The notes below the pieces were generated by a model that saw only the letters and a program-made list of their open reading frames with translations, was not told where the DNA came from and made no database searches. Positions 29,301 to 41,836 of a stretch of DNA of 64,000 nucleotides are shown here, piece by piece (position 1 is the first letter of the stretch; each line of letters opens with the position of its first letter). Position numbers and translations under genes: made by a program. The DNA comes from Chrysomallon squamiferum (Eukaryota > Animalia > Mollusca). The DNA lies in assembly GCA_012295275.1 (NCBI GenBank), contig CM022670.1, positions 37,758,001-37,822,000 of the forward strand, read 5' to 3'.

Positions 29301-31169
29301 TGATGGAGTTGAGGTTGTGATGAACACAAAAACAGTCTACCTCTCACAAATACTCAAGTGGTACGAAGAAGACTTTGGCAGGAATGATGAAGAGGTAAGC
29401 AAATAGACAAGCACATTCTAAGACAGAGAAATATAGCTCTTTGAGAAATGTGTTTGAATAAGAGAAAATTCTTGTTTATTCTCACAATGAAATCTGACAC
29501 TAGATGTAAAAGGTAAACAACTGTTTTGTTTTTTCAGTATGAAATGAATGACTAAATTGTTACAATTCAAAATATGCATTGTAATACATATGCCTAAATA
29601 CTGGGTTGCTAAGCTATCTTTGACCATACAGACATAGCTAAACAACAAAATAATTGAAATTCCATTTAATTTGGCTTATAAAGAAAGTGTAAAGGTGTAA
29701 CAAGCTATTTTAAAATGTTTTTTTCTATTTTAAATTTTTTATTATTATTATTGGTTTTTATTTTTTATTTTTTTATTTTTTAGTATTTTTAATTTATTGG
29801 TAAACTAAAAAATTTAACAACTTTTTCACATTTATAAATTTATACATACTACTGCTGTTCAGTATCTATTTATGTTACTAAAGACATCCAGGCTGTCTCT
29901 GTTTGTTGACAGTTCTTCTTTTTTACCTGTTTTACCATTAGTGTCACAATCAGAAATCATTTTCCTGCTGAAAACTCATTAGCCTGAGCGCAGTGCCATC
30001 TGCTATTACTATTGATTATACTGAACGTAGATAGTTTTATAGAGATTTTCATTAATGGAGTATTGACCGGTACTTTCTTGTGCACTGTTATAATACATCT
30101 AGCATTTCCTTTTAGTATGAACTGAACCATTTCCATACCTCTACTGATAAACAACGTGCTGGCTAAGCCTGTTCTTCCTGTGTAATTAATCTGATATAGA
30201 TTAGGTGAAAATCTATACTGTCCAGCTCTGAGAACTGATAAAAGAAATTTTTATTATTTTATAGAGCATTGGCATCAGCCGAACAAAACCTGTATTATTT
30301 GTTTAGCAACCAGCCTTTCAAGCAAATGATAATTTATCATCCCAGAATTAATGAATAAATTAATAAGTATTTAAGATTTTTCGTAAATTATTAATGGTTA
30401 TTAAGTATCAGGCTTTGACACAACAATGTCATAACAAAAGAAGTCTACTGCAATTGTTTGTTCCATTTTCAATTAGTAACATAGGACTTGCACTTTATCA
30501 AGGTTTTTAATAAATCAGTTATAATGTGTTAGACAGAAGGAAAATAAGCTAAAGAGTTTACAGCAGGCAGATAAACAGCTAAAAGAATGCTATTAACAGG
30601 GCCATTAATCCAAGCCTGGGGTGGATCTAGAGGGGGGGGGTCGAATGTGAGAAGTAACACTTTTATTATTTTTAGGTTTTTTACAAATTTATTAAATTTA
30701 AAAAAAAAATTCTGTCAATGTATAGAACACTGTAGAATATGTCTGCCAGTGTCCCTTTTGTAGCATTATTATATTATAGTCCATGTGTAATGTTTCACTA
30801 GTGCCTTTTCATAATGTTATGGTGCCCTTTTTGTCATGGGAACCCCACCCCATCAGAAAAGCTGGATCTGCCCCAGCAAACCTAACACTGTTTTAGTTAG
30901 TCGGCCATTACAAAGGTGCAGAATTGTTAAACCAGTGCAATAAGCCATCAAATTACTGTGATAAGACAACAACTTCAGCTTATTTTGTTCCTTTTCATTT
31001 CCAGATTCTCCAGTGGGTGCTTGAACACATGCCTGAAGGTGAAAAGAAAAACAGGCTGTCCACTCTGATGGACAAAAAGAAATACAAGGTTACGTACATG
31101 TCCTACGACTGGTCAGTTAATTCCTGGTCATTCTTCAACGGCACCATTGAAGATTTTGTTCACACTTGA
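21519..31169 (+). CDS. Glutaredoxin (CPHC)-DEP-DUF547 domain protein (class IV glutaredoxin-like architecture); about 549 aa from ATG 21519 or about 491 aa from ATG 21693
   Basis: Exons 21519-21917, 24705-24813, 25218-25379, 26149-26319, 26747-26820, 27346-27543, 27988-28081, 28400-28533, 29251-29394, 31005-31169; GT-AG, phases close, total 1650 nt. Grx motifs VVYSILGCPHC, RTVPQIFFN, HVGGNDD. DEP-like IKDHWHGIRVYRNSFMGREFVDWV...AVLMGQALIDNHF...FKDDDIYFR. DUF547 motifs EKLSFFINIYNSLVIHA, YSLQDIENGVLR, HFALVCGASSCPP, LSQILKWYEEDFG, YDWSVN. Confidence 0.92.
25010..25200. repeat. Degenerate (ATT)n microsatellite in intron 2
   Basis: Visible directly. Confidence 0.9.
25406..25568. repeat. (CA)n/(CAGA) microsatellite in intron 3
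   Basis: Visible directly. Confidence 0.95.
30616..30876. mobile_element. Decayed MITE-like DNA transposon remnant in intron 9
   Basis: Ends CTGGGGTGGATCTAG (30616-30630) and CTGGATCTGCCCCAG (30862-30876) are inverted repeats at 12/15; internal GTGCCCTTTT-like repeats; no clear TSD. Confidence 0.6.
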
Positions 31170-34100
31170 TATTAATACAACAGTGATATTGTTTATAACA
31201 GACAATTTGTTTAAATAATTTTGTTTATTTACTTAAATGTGATTAATGCCAAAGTTGTATTATTTAATTAACGTTTCAGTACATAATTTGGCTGAAGTGA
31301 ACACTATTGACTATCAGTTGAAAGTGTACATGAGAAATTGAGAATGATCATCTGATTTAAAATCACTGGTTAAGATGGTACTGTTGAGATTTTTTGCATA
31401 TTTATAATCAAAAGCACTGCTAGTAGTTATAAATGTTTTAAAATGTAAAAATGGCATCAACAAATTAACAGCCCCCTCCTCCAAATCCAAACATTTTAAA
31501 AATGATTCTACAGTTGATTGCAAAATATGTTTTATTTTTTTTTTTTGGTTTTTGTTGTTGTGTTGTCTGTTTGTCTGTCCATCACAAAAGCTGTCAGATA
31601 ATGTCCTTTTAATTATGCCTTCACTGGTTAAATTATTATTTACAAAAGCATGTAGTAGATATGTTATACTATTGTTTAGAAATTTGTACAACTAAATTTG
31701 ACAGTTTAAAATATTGTTTAGAATTACACAGTAACAAATGTTTAATTATTTAACGACAATTTCTTCAAGATCTTTTGGCTTTTACATGATATTATCAATC
31801 TTTCTGTGAATTTTTAAATTTATTTTACTTTTAGAAACTGTTTTAAACAATCATTTTCTTTATGCTTTTGCCATTTACATTAAACATGCAATTTTAAAAT
31901 GTATTTAATTTAATGTTATGCTGTTTTCTTATTTAATGTTATGCTGTTGTTTTCTTATTTTAATGTTATGTTGTTATTTTTGTTTTTTTATTTTTGCTAA
32001 AGACTACCACCTCTATGTTCAGTTTACTAGGTAAAGATCTGGTATGACAAACGGGTTATTTTCTTATTTGCTAAGACAATCGCTAGCTGGTTTATGAAAC
32101 AATGATAAAAATAACAAATCAATCATAAAAATGAAAAGGGCATTTCCAGTTCCAACCTAAAAAATATATGGTGTTTTCTGCTTCTTCTTTTTCTTACAGT
32201 TATGATGATGATGATTGATGATATTGGGGGTATTTAGTTAAGTTCATAGACTTCTACTGGTTAACTTACAAATATTTCAGTTTAGTGGAAGTGTATTCGT
32301 GAAATGTTTGGTATTATTTTATGTAAGCAATGAAATATTTTAATGATCAGATTAACCGTCCATAAGATATGGTGATAAAAAAATATAAAAATAAAAATAA
32401 AAAATAAATAAATTAATAACATTTTCAAAATAGAAAAAAATTTAAAAAAGTGTATTTCTGATGGTCAGTCTTCCCATTTGAACAAATATTTCTTTTTTTT
32501 CTTTTATTTTTTTTGAGCACCAAAACCATTATTAGATTAAACTCATTTAATGTAATGTATGAAACAGCTTAAATAGTTGTAGAGCATTTTTTAAGAGTAC
32601 ATACGCAGGGTAGGCAACTCTGTCTCTGGTCATCACCTACTTGTGAAATTAATAAATTTAAATAAATACAGTAAATGTAAAATTTGCTGTATTCTGAATC
32701 AAACCATAAAATAAAATAATCAAAGTGCTGAAATTGCAACATAAAAAAAAAAAAAAAAAATTTGTTATTCCATTCTCTCACTGATTGAGTGATACAGTAT
32801 TATTTCATATTCTTCTTTTTTGTTTTCTCATATTGAGTCATTTGTTTAAATTATTTCTTAATTTCTAAATTTCTCTGTGTTTTTTGTTTCTTACGTCAGT
32901 GTCATGATTTTGACTAAGGTCAAAGTGTAGTTATGTTGTAAAATACATTAATCCATGATCTCAATTATAGTTTTTTTTTTTTTTGTATACCATATTCGTA
33001 GTATAGACTTCAATAATTAAGAAAACAAAATAAATTAATTAGTTTTATAATTTGCACTTAATGGAATTTTAAAAATGCTTTGTTAGAAATATGTTTTTCT
33101 TTTTTTAACTTTCATTTTTATCTTTTTTTTTTCTTCTTTTTTTGAAGATATATATATATATTCTGATATTTCACTATTGTTTTTAAAAACTGCTTAACCT
33201 TTTATAAAATATATATCATAGATATATCATTTAGAACGTATTTTCAATTTTAAAAATAGTAACTATAAATATATTTACAAATTATCAAAAAAATTAATAA
33301 AAAAGAAAAAAATATATCATGATTAAGTTTACTATCAAAATATTATGTAAATTAGGTTTATTTTGTTTTCTATCAAAATGTGATATTAATGTAGCCACCT
33401 AATATTTTATTTCCAATGTTCTTCAACACATCCAAAATAATCATTATTTTCATTGCTTCACTTGGTTCCATAAAATTAAAACCTTTATCTAATTTATTTC
33501 TTGCCAATCAAAACTTTCATTCCATTAAAATAAAGAGGTATTGCATTTCATATATTTTATATCAGTGTTTATATATACATATATTTTTTTCTATTTTTAA
33601 ATTACATAATGTTTTCATCTTTTTTTTTTCCCCTTCTAATCCATGAAAAATGTATAAATACATTTTTAAAATTCTGTCTTAAAAGATGTATATTATTCCA
33701 AAAATATTGTTTCTTGACATGTTAAAATTTATAATGTTGTTGTCTTATTGTGAAAAATGTTGTAAATTGTATAATAAATATTTCATGTATTGTGAAATCT
33801 GTTCAAGAATTATACAACTGTAAAGTTTAATCTGAGTTTGTTCTGTTTTGTTTTATCATTTTGAAAATATTTTTAAAATAATTTATTTCACTGATCAATT
33901 TTTGCTGCAAATTTTTGTTAATGTGTAAATTGATGAACTCTTTAAGTGAGAAAGAAATCACCAGTTTAATTTCTCTCTCTTTCTCTCGATGATAGAACTG
34001 ATTGATTAAATTCATATTTTTAAAAATATAATAAAAATATTACATATATTAGTTATATTTACATGTATTAGTTTTATATATATGTATACACACGCACACA

Positions 34101-35519
34101 CGCACATATAATACAGATAATAAAGAACCCTTTCCTCTCAATGGTTGACTACACTTACTGAGATAATCCTAAAACCAAATATCACAATTTTCTCTTGGTT
34201 GGAACGGGAATAAGCAATGTGTTACACCTATTAATAACCAAACATTCCTGTAAGTAAAAGTACATTGAGCAGACGGAGAAAACAACTCAACGGTGGGTCA
34301 ATGCCCTGAAACGTGAGCAAACAAATTTCACTTCATTAAACAAAAACTGATACTAGCGCGATAAGCGTAACGTTATAACGGTACCGAATATTTAATTTAT
34401 TGGTTCCTACGCATCGACAGATCCTGTTTCAAACGAATGTCTTTCCTACGTGACTCCAAGCTTACACTGTAACCTGTTCGTACTTGGATCTCTTCTAATT
34501 GAAATTATTTTTGAACTCAGATAGGTAAGGTTCAAAAGGTATCTGTCGACGTAAAAAGAGCATACATGAATAGACAGAACTGGTCTGTTTAACTGAATGG
34601 AAAAATGTGTTTGGTGTAAGAATTATAATAGTATTAACATAAAAAAAATAATAATAATAACAATATATATATATATAATAATATATGTATATATGTATAT
34701 ATGTATGTATGCATGTATGTATATATGTATGTATGTATGTATAGGCTGTGAAAAAGAAGAAAAAAGAATCATACTTAAATAGCATGAAAATTATTTAACT
34801 AAATATTGGAATGTATTTTGATATAATGATTATTTTGGCAAGATTGAAAACGTATTTGTCACAGAGAAATGTTTTTTTTCTAAATATATAGAAACCCTAT
34901 AATCGGATTTTGTGATTACAGTGTACAATATTCCAATTTTTACTTAATGTAGAAATCGTATAACTGAATGTATAAATTAGAACGGAAGATTGAAATGTAT
35001 TTATTGGAAACGAACTAAACCATTAATCTTTAGTCTGTAAATAGATCAGTATTTTGCACAGTGGTAGTTTGAAAATTAAAAAGCTATTTAGTGGAAATGA
35101 AATATTTGACTAAAAATGTCAGTCTTTTAGTTGAATACAGAAATGTATTTTGAGTAATTACATTACATTAAACATTAAAACGATTTTTTGTTGGGAATGA
35201 AATATTTAGAATCAATATCTTAAATGAATTCAGCAAAAAAAAACAAAAATAATAATAATAATAATAAAAAAAAAACCATAAAAAAAAAAAAAAAAAAAAA
35301 AATAAAAAAGAGAAAATGGGAAAAGAAAAAAGAACATTCTGAATAAAAAGAAATGTATTTGTCAGGAAAGAAATAATTAGTTATAATAATCAATCTTGGA
35401 GCTGAATGTTTTTTTTTTTTTTTTTTAAACTAAATACAGAAATATTTCATTTGTATAGACAGCTCTATTAAGTAGTGTGACAGTACATATTCCGTTTCAC
35501 CTGAGTGACATTGTGGTCA

Positions 35520-35771
35520 TCACAAGGTCAAGCTGCCCTGAGATTGGTCACGATGTGAATGAAAACTGGTCGACTGAAATAATCTGACCTCTTCACAGAC
35601 GCAGTTCTTGGTTACAAGTCTGAACACACGACAAAGTCTGTGTGGTGTTTTTCCATGACCATTCAGATTTGTTGTTCTACAAATATTTTTTAAACATGAA
35701 CACTGGACGTACTTTACATATGTTGTAACATATACTCTGTAATCTTGGGCTTGTGGGTCAATGTATTCTGT
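35520..35771 (-). other. Possible orphan Cys-rich terminal coding exon
   Basis: Minus-strand acceptor TGTTTGCCTTGCAG followed by an 83-codon non-repetitive frame TEYIDPQAQDYRVYVTTYVKYVQCSCLKNIC...LCRVFRLVTKNCVCEE...*. No upstream exon could be joined with confidence. Confidence 0.25.
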
Positions 35772-36658
35772 CTGCAAGGCAAACACACACAAACTTCGTT
35801 TATGGGACTCTTCATTATTATTTGAAAATCCGGGAAAGTACTTGACCCTTGATTTTTCTCCTTTTCTTTTTTAATTCCAGTATACTGCGTGCTTTTCACA
35901 ATAACATTTTTTTTTTAATATCTAAACACAGAGTGACTCGCTGGGTGGGAGATTTTGGAGTAGCACTGACCTCATGTTCCATATATACCACGTGTTACGT
36001 GATGTTCTGCAGGATCAGTCCTCTTTGTTAGTCCGTCCATGAACCGTATTCCTGCCTAATCCATATAACGTTACTAAAATGTCAAATGGATTGGTATGTA
36101 CTGTCCTGTTCCTCGGAGGATATGTAAAAGCCAGCTAAAATATTCAAGATTTCTGAAATATGTGTAATACATTCAAATTATTCTCGTCCGTCATTTACAA
36201 AACCAAATAAAACAAGAACAAGCCATGATCATTGCAAAACACACACCCATAAAACTGTAAATGATTTTTTAAAATTAAATTATGTGCTTTTAGTTTAAAA
36301 GAGAATTAACTGCAGAAAAGAAACTGGAAACAGCCAACACTGCAATATATTAAAATAAACAAAGAAACAAAAATATCGCTTTCAAATATCATTCACAATC
36401 AGAATTACTGAATGCTCTATCACTACCAATTGTTAACCGTTTAATTAAGACTCAGTCTTTTTATTACGTTTGTAATTCTGCCTGTGGGTATATACGTGGA
36501 TGAACTGAAAGTAATATTGATGTTATGTTCTATGTAAAAACGTCCATAAAAACGTATACAGAAATACATACACCGTAGACTGACTACAAGTGTTTGGGCT
36601 CTGGATTATGGACCGTCAAATATTTTTAAAAGAAATAATAATAACACGGCACTGAACG

Positions 36659-36701
<43 letters not shown>

Positions 36702-37525
36702 CATAAAAAGGGTTGCGAAACACTAGTTTCCCTGATTTATAACTCCATACGTAAGTCCCGAATGAAATTATCCAATTAATCAATAATTTAAAAAATAATA
36801 ATAATCAATAATTGAATTAACTGAAGAAAAAAAAAAATGTCCTTGTTGTTTAGTAGTATTTTTGTAATTTAATATGAACGTAATTCAAAAAAATACTACT
36901 AATAATTAAAAAGGATATTCCTTTCATTAAAAACCGCAATCCAAAATTTAAAACGCATTAAATATATAAATTATGACGTAATAAACAAAGAGGAAACGGA
37001 AACAATTCTAGTCACTTATGTGACGTCACTTGTTTGGTATAAAGTAGCTTGTCAATAGTAACAACCATGCAGCGAGGTGTAAACAAGTTTATCAACAAAC
37101 AGCAGCAGATGAAATTCGGAACCATATTTTGCATGTGTCAAAGATCAACAAGGAATGGTTACCAAGGAGACAACACTGAGTATCGAACTGTTCAAGAAAT
37201 ATATATATATTATTACTCCAAGAACGTAACTGAAATATTGTACCCATTATGTAAATCGTTATGGAAACTGAAACAGAACCAACATGCATTGCAGGAACAT
37301 TAACGCAAACAGAGTGTGTCCAGCAGAAAAAGAGACCAGAAACTACAATGGGACAGACGTACTCACTTATCTGAGACAATACCAGAATGTAGAAATAAGG
37401 ACGAATGCAAAAGAGATAACTGACTTGCAGAAGGTCGTTGTTTCGAACTAAATCATAGAAATCATAATGAGATACACGACAGGAAGCCTGCTAACTGATG
37501 TACAATGCGCTCTGTCTTGAACTCG

Positions 37526-38580
<1,055 letters not shown>

Positions 38581-38801
38581 ATTTTCTGGATTTTTTCCGA
38601 GGATTGTGGAGTTTACCTCATTCGAGCTACATTTCTCTGAACAGATGAGCCTCAGCAGTAAAATGTAGCTAATTTTTCAAAGATACCCAAAACAGTGACC
38701 AAGATATGTTTTCTTGGGGCATACAGACAAATATATAAATAGTGTATTTTCAATTAAGAAGAAGATAATGAAATAATAATAATAATAAAAAAAAAAATAG
38801 T

Positions 38802-38858
<57 letters not shown>

Positions 38859-39181
38859 TAATAATTAAAAAAAAAAAAAAAAAAAAAAATAAAAGAAACG
38901 TAAATAAGCAATATATTTGGAATGTTAAATACCAAGAAAACAGTTTTAAGCATTTAAAAATAAAATTAAAAAAAAAAAAAAAAAAAAAATAATAATAATA
39001 TCATCATAGGTAAATAAAAAAATAACTTGTTTTACCTCATTCTAATTTAAATTAAACACTACCTTTCTTTCAACGAGGCCTCTCTCTCACTTAGCAGCGA
39101 CAAGTAGTGAATGACGTCATCCCGTTGTTTATTTATATTGGCAATGAAAAATAAATAAATAAATAAATAAATACGTTAATA

Positions 39182-39219
<38 letters not shown>

Positions 39220-39860
39220 GTTTTATCATATACTTTAATGCGATATCAGACAACCTTCTGGAAATTACGACAATATACGAAATTCAAAAAGTTGTAATGT
39301 CTTTTGACACACTAACATTTAATTTTTCGGAAGTTAACGAGTATATGTAGACATTTCACTGGTATCAACTAAGGCTCTATAAACGACTAACCAATTAGTT
39401 AATTAATTAATAATTCGTAGAAATTTAGGTGTTTATCATCATTACATAAACGTGTTTTTTTTTTTTGTTTTTTTTCTTATTCATTTTATGTTGGGTATGT
39501 ACTGTATTATGGACTTGTATCAGCGATGTGCAGTATTTCATCGTATATATATATATTTATTTATTTATTTTGAGTCCTGTCAGTTTGAAGAATACTTTCA
39601 ATAGTTAACGTCATTGAATACCATCATCATTATCATAACATTTAGGCTATTCAATTTCGAATATTTCTGTTAACATTATAAATAAATTACAAATACTTTT
39701 TTTCTTAATAGTTCTCTTTCTACTGGAAAAATATATATGGGAATATCAGAATATGATTAAAAGAAAAACTAAAGATAATTCGGAACCAAGAGATAAATGT
39801 CACCGCCTCATATGTACTTCAAGCAACCTTCAGCGACCCTGTTGATGCAATACTCTCTTA

Positions 39861-39966
39861 AACCAATCATATTGTCTGATTTATAATAACGCTGATTACA
39901 TAAATAAGTCAAAGGTCAAAATTCCGAACGAGGCATGCGTAGAAATACGAAATGCAACATCCGGTA
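39861..39966 (+). promoter_or_regulatory. AGPAT5 proximal promoter motifs (CCAAT, DR1, ETS)
   Basis: AACCAATCA at 39861; AAGTCA-A-AGGTCA at 39906-39918; ACATCCGGT (reverse ETS consensus ACCGGATGT) at about 39957-39965; all within 150 nt of ATG 40009. Confidence 0.45.
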
Positions 39967-40008
39967 ACAGCACATGTGTTTGTGTTTGCTTTCTGACAGT
40001 TTTTGAAA

Positions 40009-40655
40009 ATGTTGCTTTCATTAGTTGTTTATCTGCACTCTCTAAAATGGCTAGCGCCTACTTTATAATGCTCGGGGCATCTCCCTGTTATATGGCCGTT
40101 TGGTCGGGATGGAGAATACTGACATCCGTGTTGCCGAGACGTTATTACCGATTTGGAGATGATTTCTTATATTCGACCTACCAGAGATTTATTTTATTTT
40201 TCTTCGAAAACTGCACAGGCGTGGAGGTAATAAAAAATGACTTATAATAAACTTTGTCGTGTTTTCTTTTTTTTAAGTGGAAAGTTCACCGTTACTTGTC
40301 AGACAGTTGCGACATTTTACAGAACAATTTTAGGAAATTATATTATAAAAAATAAATGCTTTTTAAGTTTTTGTCACTTATGACTTAATCATTTAATTTA
40401 ACGAGCTGTGTATGCATCAGTAATTAACTAATTTAATATGTACCCTAAGCATATCACTAAATAAATGTCAACGCATATTACATATCATTTAAAACAAATT
40501 GTAGCTATAGTATGAGCTATTTTTGGTTGCATCATTTTTATCATCATGATAATAGAATTTTTCTCACCGAACAACATATTATTATTTATAATTTGTTATT
40601 AGAAATATTGGAAAAATTATGTAAAAAATTTTAAACTCTCTGTTATGAACTTAAA

Positions 40656-40698
<43 letters not shown>

Positions 40699-41805
40699 CA
40701 TTTATTTCCCAGCTTTTACTGTATGGAGACACAGACAATATGTTAACAAGATGGAAGGAAAGTGTTATGTACATGTCAAATCATCAGTGTACAGGTACTT
40801 AATCAGAAATATATTTCACTTTATTTTTATATATTTCTTCATGCGAATCACACAAACAAATATGTACATGATTACATAAGTGAAAATTCACATGCAGATA
40901 TGTATGTTGTCTGTTTTATCTCTCTCTTGCATGCACACAGATGCAAACATAATATCGAATATTTGAGATTTGTGTACAAATGGATTATATTAAAAAATGA
41001 GCGCTCTCTACTTTTTTAATTTCTAATAACAATTTCCAAAACTGTTTTTTTCTGGAGATGATTTGAAGATAAGAGTAAATATATTTATTAAACATATGCA
41101 GTCGTTAAATAAAATGATTTTTGTTTTATTTTGATTTCAATAAAAAATAATCCCTAGACGACGACAAAATATTTTCTAGTTGACTGGTTGGTGTGTGACA
41201 TGATTGCAGTAAGGCAAGGCATGCTGGGTAATCTGAGATATATCCTCAAGGATGGACTGAAATACTTCCCAATATACGGGTTTTATTTGGCACAGGTATT
41301 AAACAATCTGTTGATGTCATTCTTGTGTATTTTTGTGAAATCTATTATTATTATTAATTTTCATATTGTTTACATAACTGATTTAAACATGAAAAAACAA
41401 CAACAATAAGTCGTTGCTTGGTCTGTTTTAAGAACAGAAAAGTAACCTAACTTATTTGAGAAACAGTAGATTGAAACTTCTTATTTCAGGTGTTTGTGTG
41501 TGTGTGTGTTAGTGTGATAAATAAATACATATATAATTAAGATCTGCACTTAAAAAACGAAACTATGAAAATTACGTGCTAGTTCACTGATTTGTTGTTT
41601 TGTTTTAGCACGACTCTCTGTATGTGAAGAGGAGTGGCAGATTCAACATGGACAGAGCAGACAGACAACTGGCTCGACTGAAAAATGACAAAACACTGGT
41701 AGAAAATAATTTACTTCTCTAAAATATATTAATAATCAATCCAATGTTAAAAGAGTTTATATGCATTTTGATCCTACTATTAAACAGATATTGCTTGAAA
41801 TGTTG

Positions 41806-41836
<31 letters not shown>

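Noticed and set aside
35913-36040. Minus-strand frame MDGLTKRTDPAEHHVTRGIYGT-TGA-GQC, suggesting a UxxC selenoprotein motif
   Set aside because: Very short, no thioredoxin-fold context, and no SECIS element that I could identify; likely chance.
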